Positions 38,508-47,602 of a stretch of DNA of 64,000 bases are shown here, piece by piece. A program made the position numbers and the translations under genes. Source of the stretch: Calditrichia bacterium. Lineage in GTDB: Bacteria; Calditrichota; Calditrichia; JAJRVZ01. The stretch covers positions 32,001-96,000 of the forward strand of contig CAVZSQ010000019.1 in NCBI GenBank assembly GCA_963777955.1, written 5' to 3'. The notes under the pieces are model-generated. The model was not told the origin of the DNA, ran no database searches, and worked only from the letters and a program-made list of their open reading frames with translations. The stretch's first letter is position 1, and the number at the start of each line of letters is the position of its first letter.

Positions 38508-40823
38508 ATGTTTAAGCCCATCACCAATCCCTATATTGTCGGGAATCCGATTAAAACAAAAAAAATGTTTTACGGCCGCGAGGACGACTTCGAATTCATC
38601 CGTAAAAAACTGGAAAGTGGCAAAAAAAGTTACATCATCGTACTCTCCGGTGAACGGCGCAGCGGTAAAACCTCGATCCTCTTTCAGATTCTTAATGGCC
38701 AGTTAGGAGACAATTTCATCCCGATCCTGATCGACATGCAGACTATGGCCGGACTAAAAAATGAGGTTGAGTTTTTCGAAAAGTTTGCCCAGGAAACCAT
38801 ACGTTACCTGGACGACCGGTTTGATCTGCATAAATACAACTTTCATTCCGAGCAGGAGAGCCCCTACAAGGTTTTTTCCCGATTGCTTAATGACATGCAT
38901 ACAAACTACCCCTACAAAAATAAACTATTCCTGATCGACGAGTATGAACTGATCGAAATGAAAAGCAGCGAAGGTAGTTTAAGTCCAAGTTTTGTACCAT
39001 TTTTATCCGGGATTCTGGAGAGTGAACGCCGGATCTCGTTTATCTTTACCGGATCAAAAACATTGTCCGAGCGGGATACCACTTACTGGCAAAATTTATT
39101 CGGCAAATCCCTGTTTCGTAATGTCAGTTTTCTATCACAACAGGACACTATTCGATTGATCACCCAACCTGTGGATGGTCAAATCACCTTTTCTGATAAA
39201 GTGCTGGAATCAATATATCGTCTTACCTCAGGCCAGCCTTTCTACACCCAAATCGTAGGTCAGCACATTGTCGATTTTGCAAATGAACATCAAAAAACAC
39301 ATATCAGCACCGCTGAGCTGGACCATATCGTTAATGACATTCTGGAAAATCCCCTGCCGCAGATGATCTATTTCTGGAATAATCTTCCGGAAAGTCAGAA
39401 ACTGCTGCTCTCTCTGCTGGCAGAATTATTAGAGGATGAAAATTCTTATCTGACTGCTTCGGAGGTTGATAAAAAATCCCGTAAAAAGAAATTTGGCGTC
39501 AATCTGGACATCCAGCTGATCAATACCATTCTGGAAACATTGTACCACCATAAATATGTAGCCAAATCTGATAACAGTTATTCTTTCCAGATAGATTTGA
39601 TGCGTCAGTGGATCAAGCGGGATCACTCAATCTGGCGTGTATTGAAGGAAGTGAACATCGAATCCATCATCAGGTCAGAACGTATTGCTTCACCCTCCAT
39701 GGATATTAATCAGGCAGCTCCGGCACCAGGTATAAAGAAACGCTGGACCTGGTCAATCGCTGCTGCAGTGATCATTGTTTCGGTAGTCACAGTATGGTTA
39801 TTGTTCGACCGGACAGACGGTTCTTCTATTCAGAATCAACCTCCGGCAACCAATCCGGCCGGGATCTTGTCCGGGAACGGAAATAAATCAGACCTGGATA
39901 AACCAGTACCGGTAAAAGAAGTGATCCAGGATGAGAAAACCAACGAAAAATCAAGACCGACCATCCCAAACTCATCTGAAAAAAACAGGTCGAGACCTTC
40001 AACAGTGAAACAAAATCTGACCAAAGTGACACAACCGACCACAAACGACCTGGCACTGGACAAACTGGAATCCGTCCGGATGCTGATGCTGCAAAAAAAA
40101 GTTGAATCTGAAAATAGCGGAGCAGCTGCTCTGGCTGCCGGCACATATACTAAAGGACTTGCTGCCGAAACAGAAGCTACAAATTTCGCTGCGCGTGATG
40201 ATTATGAGAGTGCCCTGGAAAAATACCGGCAGGCTCAGGATATTTTCGCTCAGGCAGCACTGGAAAGTAAATCGGCGCTGCAACAGGAAAAAACACAAAT
40301 TACCGGTTTGATTCAACAAATTGATAAAATTCAATCCGAGCTTAAGCAGCAGCACCGTTCCCTGTCTGAATACCGCAGTGCTGAATCGTTAAGAAACAAG
40401 GGAACTGAACAATCCGCACAGGGTGACTTTACGCTGGCCCATAAAAGTTACAGCGAAGCTCTCAGCTTATATAAAGAAACCATCCATATACGAGCGGAGG
40501 ACAACCAGAAGATCCAGACTGCTGTTCAGGGGTATGCCCGCGCCCTGGAATCTAAAAACATTGCCGGTTCCAATTATATCATCAGCAGTTACAAAAAAGA
40601 ATTGGAAAGTGAATGGAAACCATTTTTTAATGTAGCTCAGGACATAAAAATTACTCTGAGTACTCACGAGATTGAATTCAGCAATACCACGGCAAGTTTG
40701 CTTGCCGATGCATTGTTACAGTACCGCGGCGCCGGTGGTTCAGGAAATAAAAATGTCTGGAAATTCGAGTTGGTTAAAACAGGATCAGACTGGATTATCT
40801 CAAAAATAAGTGAAGCTAATTAA
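38508..40823 (+). CDS. STAND-like P-loop ATPase with helical/wHTH region, one TM helix and periplasmic helical + NTF2-like domain
   Basis: 'NPYIVG..I....FYGRE', Walker A 'GERRSGKTS', Walker B 'LFLIDEYE', GxP 'TSGQPFYTQ'; TM 'WTWSIAAAVIIVSVVTVWLLF' (~39744-39806). Confidence 0.8.
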   Translation: MFKPITNPYIVGNPIKTKKMFYGREDDFEFIRKKLESGKKSYIIVLSGERRSGKTSILFQILNGQLGDNFIPILIDMQTMAGLKNEVEFFEKFAQETIRYLDDRFDLHKYNFHSEQESPYKVFSRLLNDMHTNYPYKNKLFLIDEYELIEMKSSEGSLSPSFVPFLSGILESERRISFIFTGSKTLSERDTTYWQNLFGKSLFRNVSFLSQQDTIRLITQPVDGQITFSDKVLESIYRLTSGQPFYTQIVGQHIVDFANEHQKTHISTAELDHIVNDILENPLPQMIYFWNNLPESQKLLLSLLAELLEDENSYLTASEVDKKSRKKKFGVNLDIQLINTILETLYHHKYVAKSDNSYSFQIDLMRQWIKRDHSIWRVLKEVNIESIIRSERIASPSMDINQAAPAPGIKKRWTWSIAAAVIIVSVVTVWLLFDRTDGSSIQNQPPATNPAGILSGNGNKSDLDKPVPVKEVIQDEKTNEKSRPTIPNSSEKNRSRPSTVKQNLTKVTQPTTNDLALDKLESVRMLMLQKKVESENSGAAALAAGTYTKGLAAETEATNFAARDDYESALEKYRQAQDIFAQAALESKSALQQEKTQITGLIQQIDKIQSELKQQHRSLSEYRSAESLRNKGTEQSAQGDFTLAHKSYSEALSLYKETIHIRAEDNQKIQTAVQGYARALESKNIAGSNYIISSYKKELESEWKPFFNVAQDIKITLSTHEIEFSNTTASLLADALLQYRGAGGSGNKNVWKFELVKTGSDWIISKISEAN

Positions 40824-40842
40824 TATCTATTAAGGGGGTTTT

Positions 40843-42144
40843 ATGTTTCAGCGGATTTTTTTAGGGTGTTTTATTATTTTACTGCTGGCCACTGATAGTA
40901 ATGGTCAGACCTTGCAACAACAAATAAATAATATGTTCGGCGAAGTATTGGCTCTAAACCTTAGTCCCGGACAGCATGGAGAACATTTCCTGCCGGTCAA
41001 AGTGGCCAGCAGTCAGGCATTAATAAACTCTTTAAATACATTTATCGGCACGAGCGTAGCATCTTTTCCACTAAGTTCATCCACGGCCGGTGTCACCTTT
41101 GATTTCGGTACCGGGAAACCTGTTCAAACTTCCACCAGTTTTGGTCCTATTTTTGCTGAACGTGCTCAGACTATCGGTGGTAAACGGATTAGTATGGGAC
41201 TGAATTTTACCTACATTGTTTTCAGCAGAATCCGTGGTATTTCTCTCGAAGATCTACGGCTCACTTTTACTCATCAGGATGTGGGTCTGCCGGGCCTGGG
41301 TGACAGTCCCAATGAATTTGACACAATGGATTTTTATATGCGCATGGATATTGCAGCAGCTGTTATGGCTGTGTATTTTACTTATGGAATAACCGACCGC
41401 CTTGATGTCGGCCTGGCCGTTCCGTTCACCAATATCCAGCTGAAGACCTCCCCTTTCGCGCAAATTAACAGTTTCACCTGGGTGAGTAATGACAGTGCCA
41501 ACCACTATTTCGGCGGGACCCAGACCGAACCGATCCTCACCAAATATCCGACTCCAATCAATGATGATGCCACAGGTATTGGAGATATTGCTATCCGGGC
41601 AAAATACAATTTTATCAGAGAGCGGTCCGTTGATTTTGCCGCTATGCTGGAGTACCGGATGGATACGGGAGACGCCGCAAATTTTTTAGGTGCAGGATTT
41701 TCAGCATTACGTGCTTCGGTAATAGGATCAAAAATTTCGGGTGATTTTGCACCCCACCTGAATCTTTCCTACTTGAAAAAATTTACCGATTTGGATCGTG
41801 ATGAATTTGAATTTATTGCCGGCTATGACCAGAAAATCTCCGGATGGCTGACACTGGCGATCGATGTTGTGGGACGATTTGACCTTGGCGATCCGATTGA
41901 GGGTATGCAATTCCCCACCAGTGTGGACATTAAACGGACAGTGGGCAGTACGGAATATGTCAATACTGTTTCGTTGACCAATCTGCCGAATTATGATCAT
42001 GATAATACGATCGATGCTGCCTTCGGTTTCAAGTTGAAATTAAAAGAGGCTCTGCTGGTCATGAGTAACATATTTGTACCCTTGAATCATACCGGCTTAA
42101 GAGCAGATATTATTCCGACGATGGGCCTGGAATTCAGTTTTTAA
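40843..42144 (+). CDS. Outer-membrane beta-barrel protein ('transporter'/MetA-pathway-like family suspected)
   Basis: Signal peptide; 'YGITDRLDVGLAVP', 'GIGDIAIRAKYNF'; amphipathic strands; C-terminal BAM-type signal 'GLEFSF'. Confidence 0.75.
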   Translation: MFQRIFLGCFIILLLATDSNGQTLQQQINNMFGEVLALNLSPGQHGEHFLPVKVASSQALINSLNTFIGTSVASFPLSSSTAGVTFDFGTGKPVQTSTSFGPIFAERAQTIGGKRISMGLNFTYIVFSRIRGISLEDLRLTFTHQDVGLPGLGDSPNEFDTMDFYMRMDIAAAVMAVYFTYGITDRLDVGLAVPFTNIQLKTSPFAQINSFTWVSNDSANHYFGGTQTEPILTKYPTPINDDATGIGDIAIRAKYNFIRERSVDFAAMLEYRMDTGDAANFLGAGFSALRASVIGSKISGDFAPHLNLSYLKKFTDLDRDEFEFIAGYDQKISGWLTLAIDVVGRFDLGDPIEGMQFPTSVDIKRTVGSTEYVNTVSLTNLPNYDHDNTIDAAFGFKLKLKEALLVMSNIFVPLNHTGLRADIIPTMGLEFSF

Positions 42145-42212
42145 CACGATAATCGAAGAAAATATGAGGCTGAAACTTAGGCCTGCTGAAAATTAAATAA
42201 AAGATATAGGCG

Positions 42213-44855
42213 ATGATCGGAACCACAATAGCACACTATAAGATTTTAACTAAACTTGGTCAGGGTGGAATGGGACATGTATATCTGGCCGAGGATCTGC
42301 AGCTTGGACGGCGTGTTGCCATCAAGTTACTGGCACCGGAATTTGCTCTGGATCCTGGTATTAAGGAGAGATTCAAGCAGGAGGCCCAGGCCGTGGCAGC
42401 GCTCAGTCATGCCAATATCGTTACGATCTATGAATTTGGAGATTTTAATAATAATCCATACATCGTGATGGAATATATAGATGGAAAGTCCCTGCGTGAA
42501 AAACTGGCAAAAACAAAACTTCCCTGGCCGGAGGCTATCACCATAATCCGGCAGATCTGTGAAGGATTGAATAAATCTCATCGTACCGGCATCATCCACC
42601 GTGATTTAAAACCGGAGAATATTCTGTTTGACTCAGACGGAGGAGTAAAGATATTGGATTTTGGTCTGGCCAAATTCCGGAATCATCAGAACATCACCCA
42701 GAAATCCATGCGTCTGGGCACGATCAATTACATGTCTCCGGAACAATTACGGGGCAAGGAGATAGATGTACAATCCGATATTTTCAGTCTGGGCGTGATT
42801 TTGTATGAAATGCTCTGCGGTCAACTGCCCTTCACTGCTGAGTATGAGGCGTCCTTGATCTATGCCATTCTCCATGAGCAGCCCCGGCCAATAAAAGAGT
42901 ATGCTCCCGGCCTGCCGCCGGCCCTGCAGAAAATTATCGAGATGGCGCTGGCCAAGGATAAAACATCACGGTACAGATCGGTTAACGAATTATCCCTGGA
43001 TCTGGCTGCAATCCAGGACCACCCAGGCAGCGCTAAACCTGAATCTGAAATAGGTGATCCGGGCAGTGTTGAACAACTGCTGGAACATCGCCAGCAGATA
43101 GATAAACTGATCGAGTCAAAATATAAAAAATCGATAGTCATCCTGATCAGCGATATCGTCGGATCCACCGAGTTTTTCGAACAACGGGGCGATATTGAAG
43201 GCCGGGCAATGGTCAGCCGGCATCACCGGCAAATGTTCCCTTTGATTCAGAATTATCAGGGAGAGATAATCAAAACTATGGGCGACAGTATTATGGCATC
43301 TTTTCATGATGTGGCAGCTGCCACCCGCTGCGCCTGCGAAATGCAAATCAAACTGGCTGCCGAGAACAAAAAACTTCCTCCTGATGACCGGATTAAAATC
43401 AGGATTGCCTTACATTATGGTATGGCTGTAATTGAAGAGGGTGATGTTTACGGCGATGCGGTAAATGTGGCAGCGCGAATCGAAAAACTGACGGACGGTG
43501 ACCAGATTATGATCTCACAGTCCCTGGTGGATGCCCTGGGGCATGATACGGATCAGACGGTGGTACATGCCGGGAACGCCAGTGTAAAAGGCAAAACCGA
43601 AAAAATCGCCTTGTACAGACTGCGCTGGTTCGATGAAGAAATAATAAAACCTATCACCGAGCATGACAGTCAATTGAAAGATCTGCCCACACCGCCGGCA
43701 CTGACCGTGAGTTTCGGGGCAAATATAACCGCCCCTTACAGGATGAAGATTCCCCCGCAGACCAGCGGGGAAACTCTGGACCGGCAATTGCAAAATCCCT
43801 ATATGAATCGCGTTATGATTCAGGACAGCGCAGAATTTTATGGCCGCCGCACTGAAATTGAAAAGATCTACTCACGTATCGGGTCTTCCCGACCGCAATC
43901 CATATCACTGGTGGGTGAACGACGTATCGGCAAATCTTCCCTGCTCAATTTCATTTACCAGCCGTTCAACCGTAGCAAGTACCTGAAAAATCCGGACGAG
44001 TATATTTTTATCTTTATCGATTTTCAGGAACGCCGCGGCATCGGCATCAAAGAATTTTTTACTATTATATTCCAGGCTCTCCTGGATGCTTTCGACGGCA
44101 ACCTGGAACTGAATCTCGAACCGGATTATGAAGGCTTTAAAAAGGTAATCTCAACCTTCGACGAACAGAAACTTAAATTAATCATGTTGTTTGATGAATT
44201 CGAGCTGGTCACAAAAAACGAAAACTTTGATACCGAATTCTATTCTTTCTGCCGTTCGATTGCCAACAATTATAACGTAGCCTATCTCGTTTCTTCCGGC
44301 CGCAATCTGCAGACATTGTGTCACAGCAAACAAATATCGGATTCTCCGTTTTTTAATATTTTTTCCAATATAACCCTGGGTCAATTTACTGTGGACGAAG
44401 CAAAAAACCTGATTTGTAAGCCAGCCGAGAAATTAAACTATTCATTGAGTTCATATGTTGATTTTGTACTGGATCTTGCCGGATTTTATCCATTTTTCAT
44501 TCAAATGGCCTGTGCCGCCCTCTATGAACATATAAAAAAGGGAGAGCAGCACAGCAAATCCTTTCTGGAAAAAGTAAAAGATGATTTCCTTGATGAAGCC
44601 AAGGTTCATTTTCAGCAGATTTGGGCCACTGCTGATGATGAGCAGCGCGAAGTTTTTCTGAACCTGAGTCTGGGCAAAAAAATTCAGCCTGAACAGGAAT
44701 ATCTGCTCAAGATTCTGGAGAAAGAAGGATATTTAAAACCGGGTAAAAAACGTCCTGAAATATTTTCTTCTCTGTTTAAAAACTTCATCCTGAACAGATT
44801 CGGAACTGGACGAAAATCTTCCTCCCGGATCTGGTCTTTCATAAAAAGTGCCTGA
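42213..44855 (+). CDS. Ser/Thr protein kinase - class III adenylate/guanylate cyclase - STAND-like ATPase fusion
   Basis: Kinase 'LGQGGMGHVY/VAIK/HRDLKPEN/DFG/YMSPE'; cyclase 'SDIVGST/KTMGDS/DVYGDAVNVAAR'; ATPase 'NPY..FYGR/GERRIGKSS/MLFDEFE/AGFYPFFIQ'. Confidence 0.92.
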   Translation: MIGTTIAHYKILTKLGQGGMGHVYLAEDLQLGRRVAIKLLAPEFALDPGIKERFKQEAQAVAALSHANIVTIYEFGDFNNNPYIVMEYIDGKSLREKLAKTKLPWPEAITIIRQICEGLNKSHRTGIIHRDLKPENILFDSDGGVKILDFGLAKFRNHQNITQKSMRLGTINYMSPEQLRGKEIDVQSDIFSLGVILYEMLCGQLPFTAEYEASLIYAILHEQPRPIKEYAPGLPPALQKIIEMALAKDKTSRYRSVNELSLDLAAIQDHPGSAKPESEIGDPGSVEQLLEHRQQIDKLIESKYKKSIVILISDIVGSTEFFEQRGDIEGRAMVSRHHRQMFPLIQNYQGEIIKTMGDSIMASFHDVAAATRCACEMQIKLAAENKKLPPDDRIKIRIALHYGMAVIEEGDVYGDAVNVAARIEKLTDGDQIMISQSLVDALGHDTDQTVVHAGNASVKGKTEKIALYRLRWFDEEIIKPITEHDSQLKDLPTPPALTVSFGANITAPYRMKIPPQTSGETLDRQLQNPYMNRVMIQDSAEFYGRRTEIEKIYSRIGSSRPQSISLVGERRIGKSSLLNFIYQPFNRSKYLKNPDEYIFIFIDFQERRGIGIKEFFTIIFQALLDAFDGNLELNLEPDYEGFKKVISTFDEQKLKLIMLFDEFELVTKNENFDTEFYSFCRSIANNYNVAYLVSSGRNLQTLCHSKQISDSPFFNIFSNITLGQFTVDEAKNLICKPAEKLNYSLSSYVDFVLDLAGFYPFFIQMACAALYEHIKKGEQHSKSFLEKVKDDFLDEAKVHFQQIWATADDEQREVFLNLSLGKKIQPEQEYLLKILEKEGYLKPGKKRPEIFSSLFKNFILNRFGTGRKSSSRIWSFIKSA

Positions 44856-44858
44856 TGC

Positions 44859-46127
44859 TTATCGTTTAGCTCTGATTATCCAATCTTCCACATCATTTCT
44901 TTCACGGGGAATTTGTTCGGACAGAACGCGGTAACCGGAGCCGGTAACCAGAACATCATCTTCGATCCTCACGCCGAATTTTTTATCGGGAAAATAGATA
45001 CCAGGTTCGACTGTTACTACCATACCCGGTTTCAATTTCATACCATAGTCGGCAACATCATGTACATCCAGACCAAGATGGTGACAGGTACCGTGGATCA
45101 GGGCATCGATATATCCGGCTTCACGAATTACAGTTCGTACCCTGTCCTCGACGTCCTTGGTAGTTATACCCGGCTTGATAATTCCAGTTGCAGATTTCAG
45201 GGCCTGCAGCACAACATCGTAGATATGGGCTTGTTCCGGATTAAATTTTCCATCGACAGGGAAAGTGCGGGTGATGTCGGCGGCATAATGCTCCCATTCT
45301 GCTCCGACATCGACAAGCAGCAGCTGGCCTGGTTCCACTGAACGGTCGCGCTTCTGATAGTGCAGAATGGTCGATTCTGCTCCGGTACCTATGATCGGAT
45401 CGAAGGACATGTGCTGCGCTCCCTGGCGCTTGAACGAGTTTTCCAGAATTCCGTCCAACTGATATTCCTTCACTCCGGGACGGACCCCGGCCAGCATATC
45501 TGTTATACCGAGGTAGGTTATCTGTACGGCCTTTTCGATGGCAGAAATCTCGGCCGCAGACTTGACCATACGCATAGTTTCAATCTGCTGCGATGAATTT
45601 TTGAGGTATGTCCCGGGTACACGAACCATTATTTTTTGATAAAGATCCAGATCGGGTGGTAGATACCCTGCAGGACCAACCAGTGACGAAATGAGCTGCA
45701 GGATGGATGTATGTTTCAGATTTGCGATTAAAACTTCATCGAGTTCACCCGTGCGCATAATATCTTCAAATCCAAGTGCTTTTCTAAGTGAATCACTTAA
45801 AGACGGACGGCGACCTATCCAGCGCTCAAGTTCAATATCACGGGGAGGCAGGAATAAAACCTGGCGGATCTGCTCCTGCGGGGCCAGCAGCAGTATAGCT
45901 CCCCGTTCATCCACACCCGTCAGGTACCAGAAATTCCCATCCGCCCGGTAACCGGTCTCAGTCTCAATTCCCTGCGAGTAGAGCACGGCGATCCCCTCCC
46001 CCAGCGATTTCAACAGAGCTTCGCGGCGTTCGATATAAGTTTTAGGGAATTGAATGTTCTTTTCTTCTTTTTCCTGGGCCAGGACAAAGGCAGGAAGTAT
46101 TAATAAAACCATGAATATTCGCATCAT
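44859..46127 (-). CDS. Xaa-Pro aminopeptidase (M24B) with signal peptide
   Basis: 'FWYLTG', 'LHY', 'DVGAE...YAADITRTFP', 'HHLGLDVHD', 'TVEPGIY', 'GVRIEDD'; GGAGG RBS. Confidence 0.9.
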   Translation of the reverse strand: MMRIFMVLLILPAFVLAQEKEEKNIQFPKTYIERREALLKSLGEGIAVLYSQGIETETGYRADGNFWYLTGVDERGAILLLAPQEQIRQVLFLPPRDIELERWIGRRPSLSDSLRKALGFEDIMRTGELDEVLIANLKHTSILQLISSLVGPAGYLPPDLDLYQKIMVRVPGTYLKNSSQQIETMRMVKSAAEISAIEKAVQITYLGITDMLAGVRPGVKEYQLDGILENSFKRQGAQHMSFDPIIGTGAESTILHYQKRDRSVEPGQLLLVDVGAEWEHYAADITRTFPVDGKFNPEQAHIYDVVLQALKSATGIIKPGITTKDVEDRVRTVIREAGYIDALIHGTCHHLGLDVHDVADYGMKLKPGMVVTVEPGIYFPDKKFGVRIEDDVLVTGSGYRVLSEQIPRERNDVEDWIIRAKR

Positions 46128-46217
46128 AATTCCTCCACTAGGCACCTAAAGACTGAACCAGGCAGCAGCAGGCATCGATCTTATTCATCAATAGAATTTC
46201 ACCTGGACCAGATAGCT

Positions 46218-47261
46218 CTAATATAAATCCGAAAGGGGCAAATATGCGATTACTCTTTTCAGATAATCGACAAAATACAAATTGGAATTATAAATACGCA
46301 TACCTTCGGGCTCCGCAGTCGGCATAAGTTTAGTATCCAATAAACTACCGTTGTTTAAATCATAAAGATACAGATTCGTATGATAATCATGACTCAGAAA
46401 ATAATCATCATCGATCGTTAGAAAATATGACTCACCTGAGTATGGATTGGAAGATAGCAATTGACCATCATAAGAAAATTTTGACAGGTAATTTCCCGAT
46501 AATGAATGAAATAAAACATAGAGATCACCATTATGACATTCTAATCCGGCAATCCTGGAATAATTTAGCCCGCTTAAATCAATTTCTAAATCGGTAGTGT
46601 CCAAGGTCAAATTATATCTGTATATCCATTGTCTGCCGAAATCCCAAAACACGAAGATTGAATCATAAGCAATATAATCACCACTTGAGTATCCAACCAA
46701 CTCGGTAGATAGATCAGATTTCAGATCATATTTATATAATCCCAGAGATCCGAGCGGATGATAAAATAGTATATCCTGAGTAATACAAAAATCCTGGAAG
46801 TCAGTTTGATTACCAGAAATTTCGTCTGCTCTTTTAAATAACCTTACCGAATGGTAAGGATAATTAAGCATAAAGGTTGAGGAATCGACTTCAATCACTG
46901 AACTATCGGTTAAAAAATACTCCAATTTGAAAAAATAATATATTAAACTTTCATCTATTTTTTCCTTGAATATAAAATTTGGATAAAAAATATCCCCGCT
47001 CTCATGGTAGACAGGATTTAGTGAATCCACGATAACTTCAATATTATCTTCAATAGAACTCAGCCTTATTTTTAAAACAGACTTCTTGTTTAAAATGATT
47101 GAATCCTTGCTTTCAATGTACAGGCTATCATAATTCACCTGAGTGATGGCAAAATTATTCCAGGCGGGTGAGCTCGGTATACTCATGGTGGGATTTGAAT
47201 TCTTTGAACATGAAATAAGCAAAACCAGGAAAAGAAAATTTAAAATCGATATTACTTTCAT
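46218..47261 (-). CDS. Lipoprotein, probable C-terminal beta-propeller
   Basis: Lipobox 'LLISC'; repeated beta-rich units; visibly AT-rich. Confidence 0.7.
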   Translation of the reverse strand: MKVISILNFLFLVLLISCSKNSNPTMSIPSSPAWNNFAITQVNYDSLYIESKDSIILNKKSVLKIRLSSIEDNIEVIVDSLNPVYHESGDIFYPNFIFKEKIDESLIYYFFKLEYFLTDSSVIEVDSSTFMLNYPYHSVRLFKRADEISGNQTDFQDFCITQDILFYHPLGSLGLYKYDLKSDLSTELVGYSSGDYIAYDSIFVFWDFGRQWIYRYNLTLDTTDLEIDLSGLNYSRIAGLECHNGDLYVLFHSLSGNYLSKFSYDGQLLSSNPYSGESYFLTIDDDYFLSHDYHTNLYLYDLNNGSLLDTKLMPTAEPEGMRIYNSNLYFVDYLKRVIAYLPLSDLY

Positions 47262-47602
47262 GATCTATCCTCCTCTGCAGGGAAGGTCGAACTAAAATAA
47301 CACTCTCATTTTGACTTGAAAAAGGGACTGGATTCCCTGATCATTCATTTAAACCAGGAATATATTGATTATATTTAAATCTCAACTTGATTCGTGGTAC
47401 AACATACAATCGTTCCATGTATGGAAGAGGAATAAACCGGTATAACGTCCGGCATCAATCCAGAATACTATTGCAGAAGATAAACTGTCAACCTGATTAA
47501 TATAATCACAGGATAACCGATGTCCAATAAAAAATCACTTATATTTTTCTACCTTTTTATTGCTTTTCTCTTGTAAAGATATATATTTAAATTAAAAGCA
47601 AT

